This document shows, piece after piece, positions 8,497-16,736 of a DNA stretch of 64,000 bases. This DNA is from an uncultured Clostridia bacterium (GTDB lineage Bacteria; Bacillota; Clostridia; TANB77; CAG-508). Position 1 is the stretch's first letter. The number at the start of each line of letters is the position of its first letter. The stretch spans positions 96 through 64,095 of the forward strand of contig CANQCW010000002.1 in the NCBI GenBank assembly GCA_947591055.1, written 5' to 3'. The notes under the pieces were generated by a model that was not told the origin of the DNA, did no database searches, and saw nothing but the letters and a program-made list of their open reading frames with translations. The position numbers and the translations under genes are program-made.

Positions 8497-8717
8497 AAAA
8501 ATAACATAATATAAAAATGGAGGGGTAAAACAAATGAAATGTAAGAAAATACAAGAAAGAAAAAAGATTAATTTAAAGTTGCAAAATAAGGAAAAAGTAC
8601 AAAAATTAAAAGAAAAAGGAATAACTTTAATAGCGTTAGTAGTAACAATAATAATATTGTTAATTTTAGCAGGAGTAACATTAAATATGGCATTATCAGG
8701 AGATGGACTATTTAGCA
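8492..8717 (+). repeat. direct repeat copy B (5' UTR + leader/TM coding cassette)
   Basis: Near-identical to 6992-7218. Confidence 0.85.
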
Positions 8718-9764
8718 AAGCAAAATTAGCAGCAAATAAATATAATGTAGCAAGTGAACAAGAAGTATTACAACAACAAATAATAGAATATCAAATGGAT
8801 AATAGTGTAGCTAAAATAGGAGAAAAATTGTCAAACAATTCAACAGATAATCCTAGTTGGACAATAATAAAGCTAAGAAATGAAAATAAACAATATGGAA
8901 CAAATTACAACTATGTAAAAGAAGGAACAGAAATAGAGGGTTATGGAACAACAAAATACAATTGGGTAATAAATTATGAAAATGGAGAAGCTATTCAATT
9001 AGATGATTATATAAAAGTATCATCAGGAGAGGGAGTGTCAGTAACAGAAAATTTAGAGTTAAATATAAATCCAAAAAGTATGGCAAATTTAGATACACTT
9101 GGTTCAGGAGTAACATTTGTAAATGGACAAGACTCGAGTTCTTCAGGAGAGTTTTTAAAAGGTTCTTACATAGAATTTGATGGAAAAGATGATTATTTAA
9201 GACTTGATGGAGTCAAAGTTGATAATAATGGAGGAATCACTTTTGAAATTTTTGGAAAGAAAAATGATAATAAACAAGTTTTTTCTCTAAATAAAACTTT
9301 ATTTGAAGAAGATAAAATTGCTTTGCGTGGGACAACGTTTAGAAGTCATTTTAATCAAAATTGTTTCAGTTGCTGTTTAGGTAATGGAAAAGCTCGGTGG
9401 TGAATTTCAAAGTAAGTCTTCAAATTCTGAACATTGGATGGATTTTGATGGAGAAAATTTGATAAATAGTGAAGATGGAAGTTTTTATTTGACAATGACA
9501 TTAAACTTAGAAGATAATGCAGTTAGTTTATATTCTTTAGGCTCATGTATAGGTAAGAATATATGTAATGAAAATTATCTGGATTCAACGTTAATTTGTG
9601 ATAGTTCTATTCCATTTACCGTTGGTGTTCTTGTAAGCGGTTCCACGATGAATATTCAGTACAGTAATTTTTTACTATACGGATGCAGATTATATGACAG
9701 AGTGTTGAGTGCAACCGAAATTAAGCAGAATTATGATGCTTCTAAAAATCTATTGGATTCCTAG
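8534..9764 (+). pseudogene. pilin-like surface protein paralogue P2 with C-terminal LamG-like domain, split by a frameshift near 9381-9401
   Basis: Same leader/TM as P1. ORFs 8534-9403 and 9384-9764 overlap by 20 nt in different frames. A single concanavalin/LamG-like domain spans both: GSYIEFDGKDDYLRLDG...GGITFEIFG upstream and LYGCRLYDRVLSATEIKQNYDAS downstream. Confidence 0.6.
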
Positions 9765-9910
9765 TTGGTTCTATATTTTAATTTTTAGTTTTAAATAAAA
9801 AAATATATATTTTTCTATTTACTTTTAAAAAAATTATGTATAAAATAATATGGATATAGAAAAACGGCTAAAAATAATTACAAAAGAAATATTGAAAGGG
9901 ACTTAGAAAT

Positions 9911-11200
9911 ATGAGAATTTTAATGCTATCATGGGAGTATCCACCAAGGATAGTTGGAGGAATATCAAGAGTTGTACATGATTTATCACAAAGATTAATA
10001 AAAGACGGTCATGAAGTAACAGTAGTAACTTATAGGGATGGAGATGCACCTTATTATGAAAACGACAAAGGTGTAGATGTATATAGAGTAGATAACTATA
10101 TTATACATCCTAACAATTTTATAGACTGGATAATGCAACTAAACTTCAACATGATATCAAAAGCATCTGAAATAATTAATGAACAAGGTAAATTTGACGT
10201 AATACATGCACATGATTGGTTGGTTACTTATAGTGCTAAAGCATTAAAAGAATCTTATAAAATTCCAATTGTAACAACAATACACGCAACAGAAAGTGGA
10301 AGAAATAGTGGAATACATGACGAAGTCCAAAGATATATAAATGATTCAGAGTGGCTTCTTACTTATGAATCTACAGAAGTAATTGTAAATAGCAATTTTA
10401 TGAAAAATGATTTACAAAGATTATTTGGCCTACCTTATGAAAAAATAAATGTTATACCAAATGGTATAAACTTAAGTAATTTTTCTGGAGTTGATAGAGA
10501 TTATGACTTTAGAAGACAATATGCTATGGACAACGAAAAAATAATTCTATATGTAGGAAGACTAGTATATGAAAAAGGAATACAACATTTAATTGGTGCA
10601 ATGCCAAAAATACTTGCAAATTATCATGATGCCAAATTAATTATATGTGGTAAAGGCGGGATGATAGAAGAATTAAAGCAAGAAACTAGAAATTTAGGAA
10701 TTGAAAATAAAGTTTATTTTGCAGGATACTGTGATTCTAAAAAAGTTCAAAAAATGTATAAATGTGCTGATATAGCTGTTTTCCCAAGTACATATGAACC
10801 ATTTGGAATAGTTGCATTAGAAGCAATGCTTGCAGGCGTACCAACAGTAGTATCAGATGTTGGAGGATTAAATGAAATAGTAGAACATGGTGTTACAGGT
10901 ATGAAAAGTTATGCAGGAAATTCAAATTCAATATCTGACTCAGTATTATCATTATTATTTGATGCAAAACTATGCGACAATGTTTCTAAAAATGCAGTAA
11001 AGAAAGTTAAAGAATTGTATAACTGGAATAAAATTGCACAAGATACACATTATGTATATGAACAAGCAATATGCCAAACAGAAGCACAAAGACAGCTTGA
11101 AAAAATGGCTCAAGAAAAAGCAAATAAAAAATCAAAAACAAAAACTCAATCTGAAATTTCTAATCTTATTAATTTTAGAAAACGTAGTGCTTATGCTTAA
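9911..11200 (+). CDS. GT4-family glycosyltransferase (glycogen-synthase-like, alpha-glucan set)
   Basis: MRILMLSWEYPPRIVGGISRVVHDLSQ N-terminus. C-terminal GT-B motif is FPSTYEPFGIVALEAMLAGVPTVVSDVGGLNEIVEHGVTG (EX7E region). Confidence 0.75.
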   Translation: MRILMLSWEYPPRIVGGISRVVHDLSQRLIKDGHEVTVVTYRDGDAPYYENDKGVDVYRVDNYIIHPNNFIDWIMQLNFNMISKASEIINEQGKFDVIHAHDWLVTYSAKALKESYKIPIVTTIHATESGRNSGIHDEVQRYINDSEWLLTYESTEVIVNSNFMKNDLQRLFGLPYEKINVIPNGINLSNFSGVDRDYDFRRQYAMDNEKIILYVGRLVYEKGIQHLIGAMPKILANYHDAKLIICGKGGMIEELKQETRNLGIENKVYFAGYCDSKKVQKMYKCADIAVFPSTYEPFGIVALEAMLAGVPTVVSDVGGLNEIVEHGVTGMKSYAGNSNSISDSVLSLLFDAKLCDNVSKNAVKKVKELYNWNKIAQDTHYVYEQAICQTEAQRQLEKMAQEKANKKSKTKTQSEISNLINFRKRSAYA

Positions 11201-11214
11201 AAAGGAGAAATTGT

Positions 11215-11559
11215 ATGGAAATATATGATACAACTAATAGATTAGCAGAAGAAATTAGAAACTCAATTCAATATAAAAATTTAAAAGAGTCAAAAGAAAA
11301 ACTATTTGCAGATCCAGAAAAAAAAGAATTAATAGAAGAATTTGAAAAATTAAAACAAGAAGTTCAGCTTATGGAAATAAGAAGACAAAACAATCAAGAA
11401 ATAGATGAAGAAGATAAAAAAGTAAAAGTTGCAAAATTATATAATGTTTTAATTGAAAACAAAGATATAAAGCAATACTTTGATTATGAAATAGAATTTA
11501 GCAAAATGATGACTGATATTAATAAAATTATTGGAGATGCTATAAAAGAGGTTATGTAA
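11215..11559 (+). CDS. YlbF/YmcA-family (UPF0342) regulatory protein
   Basis: 114 aa, helical. Pattern ...EIRNSIQYKNLKESKEKLFADPEKKELIEEFEKLKQEVQ... fits YlbF-like proteins. Confidence 0.55.
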   Translation: MEIYDTTNRLAEEIRNSIQYKNLKESKEKLFADPEKKELIEEFEKLKQEVQLMEIRRQNNQEIDEEDKKVKVAKLYNVLIENKDIKQYFDYEIEFSKMMTDINKIIGDAIKEVM

Positions 11560-11575
11560 TATAAAGGAGAGATTA

Positions 11576-11782
11576 ATGAAAAGAGAAGAAGGTGTTACAT
11601 TAATTACAGTAGCAATTACAATTATTATTTTAGGATTATTAGCAGCATTACTTGTTAAAGCATCAGTAAAAGGAAATATTTTGGAAGAATCTAATGGAAT
11701 AAAAGAAAATGTCCTTGATATGATTGATGACACGAAAGATAAAACAAAGAATATTGAGCAAAAATGGGATGGCATAATATAA
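11576..11782 (+). CDS. 68-aa mini pilin-like protein
   Basis: MKREEG-VTLITVAITIIILGLLAALLV resembles the KG-ITLIALVVTIIILLILAGV segment of P1-P3. RBS AGGAGAG lies upstream. Confidence 0.45.
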   Translation: MKREEGVTLITVAITIIILGLLAALLVKASVKGNILEESNGIKENVLDMIDDTKDKTKNIEQKWDGII

Positions 11783-11803
11783 AACTGAGGAGGAAATTCA
11801 CTA

Positions 11804-12961
11804 ATGAAAATAAATCTAACTTGGTCTGCAGAAGAAAACTCAAATATGTCTGGCAAAATATGTGCAAAAAAAGCAGTTTTAGATTTAAATGAAACAAAAT
11901 TAGCAATTGTTATAAATTCAAATAAATATAATCAAGATGAATTAATAAAAGGGGCAAAGTCAGTATTAGGGACAGCCCCTATTATTGGCTATTCTTCTAA
12001 TGAAGGAATAATAATTCCAGATGGTTATTTGGATACAAGAAAAAATGCATTTGCAACAATGTTTGCAATAGGTGATAATGAAACAAAGGTAGGAACAGCA
12101 ATTTCTACAAAAATGGAAAATGAAAGAGAAACAGGAAAAATTGTAGCAAAGATGGCAATGGAAAAAGTAGGAACTCCATATTCTCCAGCATATTATATGA
12201 TGATTGTTTCGTCAGGAAAAGAAGAAGAATATGCAAAAGGAATTAGAGATGTTATTGGAAATGTTCCTTGTTTTGGAGGAAAAGTTGTATCTAAAGATAA
12301 TAAAATATTTACTGAAGACATGATAATTTCAAGTGGAATAGCTGTTGCATTTTTTTATACAAACAAAAAAATAGAAAATTTATTTACAAGTAAATATCAC
12401 GAAACTGTACACTCTGGAGTAATTACAAAATCTAGAGATAAAAATAAAATAGAAGAAATAGATGGAATAAAAGCTTTAAAAAGATATTGTGAGTGGACTG
12501 GAAAAAAAGTAAAAGATGTAAGAGAAGAAAAAATATATGAAGAATCAATTTTAAAACCATTAGCAATAAAAACAGAAAATGGAAATTTAGCAGTTATAAA
12601 ACAACCGATATATGGAAATAATGATTATAGTATAGAAATGAGTAACGATATCTTTGTAAATACAGCAATAATACAAATGCAAATATCAAAACAAGAATTA
12701 ATAAGTTCTCCATCAATTGTATTAAGAGATTTGAAAAGAAAAATAAAAGAAAATCCAAAAGGATTTTTATTATTTATAAATAGCGCAAGAAAAAATATTT
12801 TAAATGAAGACGAAATAGAAGAACTTGCAAATAAATTAAAAAAAGAAGCGGGAGATATTCCATTTTTAGTAACATTTACGGCCTCGGAAATTGGAAATGG
12901 AGAAACAACATTAAGTAATTTTGGAACACTAATGTTATCTGAAATTGCAATATGCGAATAA
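11804..12961 (+). CDS. FIST-domain (FIST_N + FIST_C) sensory protein, putative
   Basis: ~385 aa. LAIVINSNKYNQDELIKGAKSVLGTAPIIGYSSNEGII resembles the FIST_N pattern, and IEEIDGIKALKRYCEW resembles FIST_C. Recognised by eye only. Confidence 0.45.
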   Translation: MKINLTWSAEENSNMSGKICAKKAVLDLNETKLAIVINSNKYNQDELIKGAKSVLGTAPIIGYSSNEGIIIPDGYLDTRKNAFATMFAIGDNETKVGTAISTKMENERETGKIVAKMAMEKVGTPYSPAYYMMIVSSGKEEEYAKGIRDVIGNVPCFGGKVVSKDNKIFTEDMIISSGIAVAFFYTNKKIENLFTSKYHETVHSGVITKSRDKNKIEEIDGIKALKRYCEWTGKKVKDVREEKIYEESILKPLAIKTENGNLAVIKQPIYGNNDYSIEMSNDIFVNTAIIQMQISKQELISSPSIVLRDLKRKIKENPKGFLLFINSARKNILNEDEIEELANKLKKEAGDIPFLVTFTASEIGNGETTLSNFGTLMLSEIAICE

Positions 12962-12987
12962 GAATATGATTGAAAGGAGAATTTAAA

Positions 12988-14151
12988 ATGGAAATTCAAA
13001 AATTTACATTAAATGAAACATCATATTTTGGAGATGGAGCAAGAAAAGTGCTACCAGATGAAATAAAAAAGAGAGGATTTAAGAAGGTCTTAGTAGTTAC
13101 AGATGAAGCTTTATATAAAGCAGGAGTAAGTGAAAAAATAACAGATTTATTAGATGCAAATAATATTAAAAATACAGTATTTTATGATGTAAAACCAAAC
13201 CCTCCAATAGAAAATGTATTAGAAGGTGTAAAAGTTTGCAAGGAATTTAAAGCAGACTTAATAGTAGCAATAGGTGGAGGTTCAAGTATTGATACAGCAA
13301 AGGGAATATCAATAGTTATGACTAATCCAGATAGAAGTGATATAGTATCATTAAATGGCCCATCAAATACAAAAAATAAAGGACTTCCTCTTATAGCAAT
13401 TCCAACGACAGCAGGAACAGCAGCAGAAGTTACAATAAATTATGTAATAACTGATCCAGAAAGAAAAATAAAAATGGTATGTGTTGATGAACATGATATA
13501 CCAATTATGTCAATAGTAGATACAGAATTAATGGAAACAATGCCAAAATCAGTAGCATCATCAACAGGTATGGATGCATTAACACATGCAATAGAAGGAT
13601 ATATAACAAAATCAAAAAATATAATGTCTCAAATGTTCTCAATGAAGGCAATAGAATTAATATATGATAATTTAGCAAAAGCAGTAAATGAGAAAGATAA
13701 AGAAGCCATTGGAAAAGTAGGACTTGGACAATATATAGCAGGTATGGCATTTTCAAATGTAGGACTTGGAATAGTGCACTCAATGGCACATCAGTTAGGA
13801 GCAGTATATGATACTCCACATGGATTAGCAAATGCAATATTATTACCAACAGTAATGGAATTTAATGGAGAAGTTGTATATGAAGACTTTAGAGAAATAT
13901 TAATACACGCATTTCATATAGATGCAAAAGATTTTACAAAAGAAGAAGTAATAAAAACATTTTGTGAAACAATAAAAAATCTTTCTTATGATGTAGGAAT
14001 TACACAAACAATAAAAGATGTAGGAGTAAAAGAAGAAGACTTTAAAATGCTTGCAGAAAAAGCAATGGAAGACCCTTGTAAACCAGGAAATCCAAGAGAA
14101 GTAACAAAAGAAGACTTTATAGAACTTTATAAAAAAGCGTATAGAGAATAA
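12988..14151 (+). CDS. iron-containing (group III) alcohol dehydrogenase
   Basis: GGGSSIDTAKG NAD-binding motif and metal-ligand His cluster (THAIEGY, VHSMAHQLG). RBS AGGAGA precedes the ATG at 12988; the track start at 12970 is TTG. Confidence 0.85.
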   Translation: MEIQKFTLNETSYFGDGARKVLPDEIKKRGFKKVLVVTDEALYKAGVSEKITDLLDANNIKNTVFYDVKPNPPIENVLEGVKVCKEFKADLIVAIGGGSSIDTAKGISIVMTNPDRSDIVSLNGPSNTKNKGLPLIAIPTTAGTAAEVTINYVITDPERKIKMVCVDEHDIPIMSIVDTELMETMPKSVASSTGMDALTHAIEGYITKSKNIMSQMFSMKAIELIYDNLAKAVNEKDKEAIGKVGLGQYIAGMAFSNVGLGIVHSMAHQLGAVYDTPHGLANAILLPTVMEFNGEVVYEDFREILIHAFHIDAKDFTKEEVIKTFCETIKNLSYDVGITQTIKDVGVKEEDFKMLAEKAMEDPCKPGNPREVTKEDFIELYKKAYRE

Positions 14152-14165
14152 TGTATGTTAAAATA

Positions 14166-14203
14166 AAAAGTTGTGTATCTTTTAAAGTAGGCACAACTTT
14201 TTC
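14166..14203. terminator. rho-independent terminator after adh (bidirectional)
   Basis: AAAAGTTGTG-16 nt-CACAACTTTT followed by T residues, with an A-run upstream. Confidence 0.65.
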
Positions 14204-14245
14204 ATATTATAAGTATGTAAAAGAAAGCAAATTGAGAAAGAAATA

Positions 14246-14440
14246 TTTTATTAATGTAAAAACTTAATAAAAATTATTATATTAAAAAAATAGCATAATA
14301 TAGGGAAAAATTCAATAAAATAAAAATTAAAAGTTTGTAATAATTTAATAAAAAATGAAAAGTAAAAATCTTATAAAAGGCTTGAGTAAAGCTGATTATA
14401 AGATTTTTTACTTTTTTATTAAGTTTTTACATTAATAAAA
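14246..14440. promoter_or_regulatory. putative invertible promoter element (inverton) 3, OFF orientation
   Basis: Perfect 28-bp inverted repeats 14246-14273 / 14413-14440. The core holds a minus-strand promoter, TTGAAT (14315-14310)-17-TGCTATTTT (14295-14287), and a terminator-like hairpin at ~14364-14409. Confidence 0.6.
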
Positions 14441-14472
14441 ATTACATAATGTGGAGGGAAGGTATAAAACAA

Positions 14473-15123
14473 ATGAAATATAAGAAAATACAAGAAAAAA
14501 ACAAAATTAATTTACATTTACCAAATAAGAAAAAAGTGCAAAAATTAAAAGAACAAGGAATAACATTAATAGCATTAGTAGTAACAATAATAATATTATT
14601 AATATTGGCAGGAGTAACAATATCACAAATAGCAGGAAGTAATGGATTGTTCCAAAGAGCAAGACAAGCAGCTGAAAAATATAAAAATTCGGCAGAAGAT
14701 GAACAAACTAAAATAGGTATGACAGAACAATATGCAAACGATTTTTCAGTATTAGGAAAAAATGCAGGAGAAAATGAAGAAGAAGATAAACCAGAGGAAG
14801 AAGAAAAAATTTATAGTACTACGTCTTATAATATATCTGCAAGTTCAACTGAATTTAAATGTACGATAGATATAAGAGGTCTTGTCCCTAGTGATTGGTT
14901 AGCAAGCCTTACAAGAGATAATATAAAAGTTGAGCCAGGTCCACTTGAAAGATGGGATAGATTTTATGGTAAATATACTCGTAGAGAATCAACATATTGG
15001 GATTATAGTGGAGGCGTAATTACTGTCCATTTAGCAGCTGGTTGGAGTACGAGTGGAGGAATACCAACAGTTTCATTAGCTCCCAAATGGGTTAAAGTAT
15101 CTGTAAAAAATACACCATGGTAA
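14473..15123 (+). CDS. pilin-like / signal-anchored surface protein paralogue P3
   Basis: MKYKKIQEKNKINLHLPNKKKVQKLKEQG-ITLIALVVTIIILLILAGV then GSNGLFQRARQAAEKY. The C-terminal domain is unrelated to P1/P2. The ATG at 14473 aligns with the P1/P2 starts. Confidence 0.6.
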   Translation: MKYKKIQEKNKINLHLPNKKKVQKLKEQGITLIALVVTIIILLILAGVTISQIAGSNGLFQRARQAAEKYKNSAEDEQTKIGMTEQYANDFSVLGKNAGENEEEDKPEEEEKIYSTTSYNISASSTEFKCTIDIRGLVPSDWLASLTRDNIKVEPGPLERWDRFYGKYTRRESTYWDYSGGVITVHLAAGWSTSGGIPTVSLAPKWVKVSVKNTPW

Positions 15124-15170
15124 AAGAATATAGAATAAAAAATAGAAATTGAATAAATTTGCTTATATAA

Positions 15171-15196
15171 AATCCCCTAGAAAAATCTAGGGGATT
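15171..15196. terminator. stem-loop between convergent P3 and asnS
   Basis: AATCCCCTAG-aaaaat-CTAGGGGATT, a 10-bp stem. Confidence 0.6.
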
Positions 15197-15199
15197 GTT

Positions 15200-16591
15200 T
15201 TAAAATTCACAATTTTTAGGTGTACGTGGATAAGGTATAACATCACGAATATTTTGCATACCAGTTACATACATCATAAGTCTTTCAAATCCAAGACCAA
15301 ATCCAGAGTGAGGAACACTTCCGTATCTTCTTAAATCTAAGTACCACCAATAATCTTTTTCATCTAAGCCTAAATCCTTCATACGAGATGTAAGCTTATT
15401 TATATCTTCTTCTCTTTGACTACCACCAATTAATTCTCCAATTCCAGGAACAAGAAGGTCAGCGGCTGCAACAGTTTTTCCATCACTATTTTGTTTCATA
15501 TAAAATGCTTTTATATCCATTGGATAATCAGTAACAAATACAGGTCTTTTGAATATTTTTTCACTTAAATATCTTTCATGTTCTGTTTGAATATCAACTC
15601 CCCATGAAACTTTATATTCAAATTCATCATTATGTTTTTCCAATTCTTTTATTGCATCTGTATAAGTTATTCTTCCAAAAGGTTCATTTATTGTAACTTT
15701 TAATTTTTCTAAAAGACCAGGTGCTATAAACTTATCAAAAAATGTCATTTCTTCAGGAGCATTTTCTAAAACATAAGAAATTACGTATTTTAGCATTGCT
15801 TCTTCTACATCTAAGCAATCAGTTAAATCTGCAAAACACATTTCTGGTTCCATCATCCAAAATTCAGCAGCGTGTTTTACTGTATTAGAATTTTCAGCTC
15901 TAAATGTTGGTCCAAAAGTATAAATATTTCTAAAAGCTTCAGCATAAGTTTCACCTTCAAGTTGTCCACTTACTGTAAGATGAGCATTTTTTCCAAAGAA
16001 ATCTTTAGAATAATCTATTTTTCCATTATCATCTTTTGGAATATTATTAAAATCAAAAGATGATACATTAAACATTTCTCCAGCACCTTCACAGTCGCTA
16101 CCTGTAATAATTGGAGTATTTACATATACAAATCCTCTTTCTTGAAAGAACTTATGAATAGCATAACTTAGCATACTTCTTACTCTAAATACAGCATTAA
16201 ATGTGTTTGTTCTTGGGCGAAGATGAGCTACTGTTCTTAAAAATTCAAAGCTTGTATTTTTCTTTTGAATAGGATAATCTGTGCTTGATAAGTTATATAT
16301 TTCAATTTCAGTTGCATGTATTTCAAATGGTTGTTTTGCATTTTCTGTTTTTACTAAAGTTCCTGTTACTATAATAGATGAACTAATAGTTAACTTGCAA
16401 ATATCTGCAAAATTATTTAATTTGTCATCAAAAACAATTTGTATATTATTAAAGAAAGTTCCATCATTTAATTCTATAAATCCAAAAACTTTAGAATTAC
16501 GCATAGTTTTAACCCAACCAGCAACTTTTACTTCTTTTTCTATATACTTTTCTGTATTCTTAAATAAATCTTTAACTAAAATATAGTTCAT
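15200..16591 (-). CDS. asnS: asparagine--tRNA ligase
   Basis: 463 aa. N-terminal OB anticodon-binding domain ([27 protein letters not shown]) and class II core motifs ([19 protein letters not shown]; GFGLGFERL). Confidence 0.92.
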   Translation of the reverse strand: MNYILVKDLFKNTEKYIEKEVKVAGWVKTMRNSKVFGFIELNDGTFFNNIQIVFDDKLNNFADICKLTISSSIIVTGTLVKTENAKQPFEIHATEIEIYNLSSTDYPIQKKNTSFEFLRTVAHLRPRTNTFNAVFRVRSMLSYAIHKFFQERGFVYVNTPIITGSDCEGAGEMFNVSSFDFNNIPKDDNGKIDYSKDFFGKNAHLTVSGQLEGETYAEAFRNIYTFGPTFRAENSNTVKHAAEFWMMEPEMCFADLTDCLDVEEAMLKYVISYVLENAPEEMTFFDKFIAPGLLEKLKVTINEPFGRITYTDAIKELEKHNDEFEYKVSWGVDIQTEHERYLSEKIFKRPVFVTDYPMDIKAFYMKQNSDGKTVAAADLLVPGIGELIGGSQREEDINKLTSRMKDLGLDEKDYWWYLDLRRYGSVPHSGFGLGFERLMMYVTGMQNIRDVIPYPRTPKNCEF

Positions 16592-16680
16592 AAATATCCC
16601 TCATTTCTAAAATAATATTTCCAATTATACAATAAATTATTTAAAGAAACAATATTTTAAAGACATTTTTAAAATTTAAT

Positions 16681-16716
16681 AAAAAAATACTAGTAAATTT
16701 TGCAATTTACTAGTAT
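16681..16716 (-). terminator. rho-independent terminator of the 618-aa membrane protein gene
   Basis: ATACTAGTAAATT-ttgc-AATTTACTAGTAT, a 13-bp stem. On the minus strand it is followed by a T7 run. Confidence 0.75.
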
Positions 16717-16736
16717 TAATTATTAACATTTATTTT

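Noticed and set aside
9384-9764. Stand-alone 126-aa gene starting at ATG 9384
   Set aside because: It has no RBS, its frame opens only 3 nt upstream, and it encodes the C-terminal half of a LamG-like domain whose N-terminal half is in the preceding ORF.
6807-14440. CRISPR array or other short-repeat array
   Set aside because: There are only three copies, 1.5-6 kb apart. Each is ~190 bp with internal inverted symmetry, and there are no uniform spacers or cas genes.
16592-16736. T-box or other leader upstream of asnS
   Set aside because: Only ~145 nt are available, and most of that is the terminator of the upstream gene. No specifier or T-box (AGGGUGGNACCGCG-like) sequence is visible.
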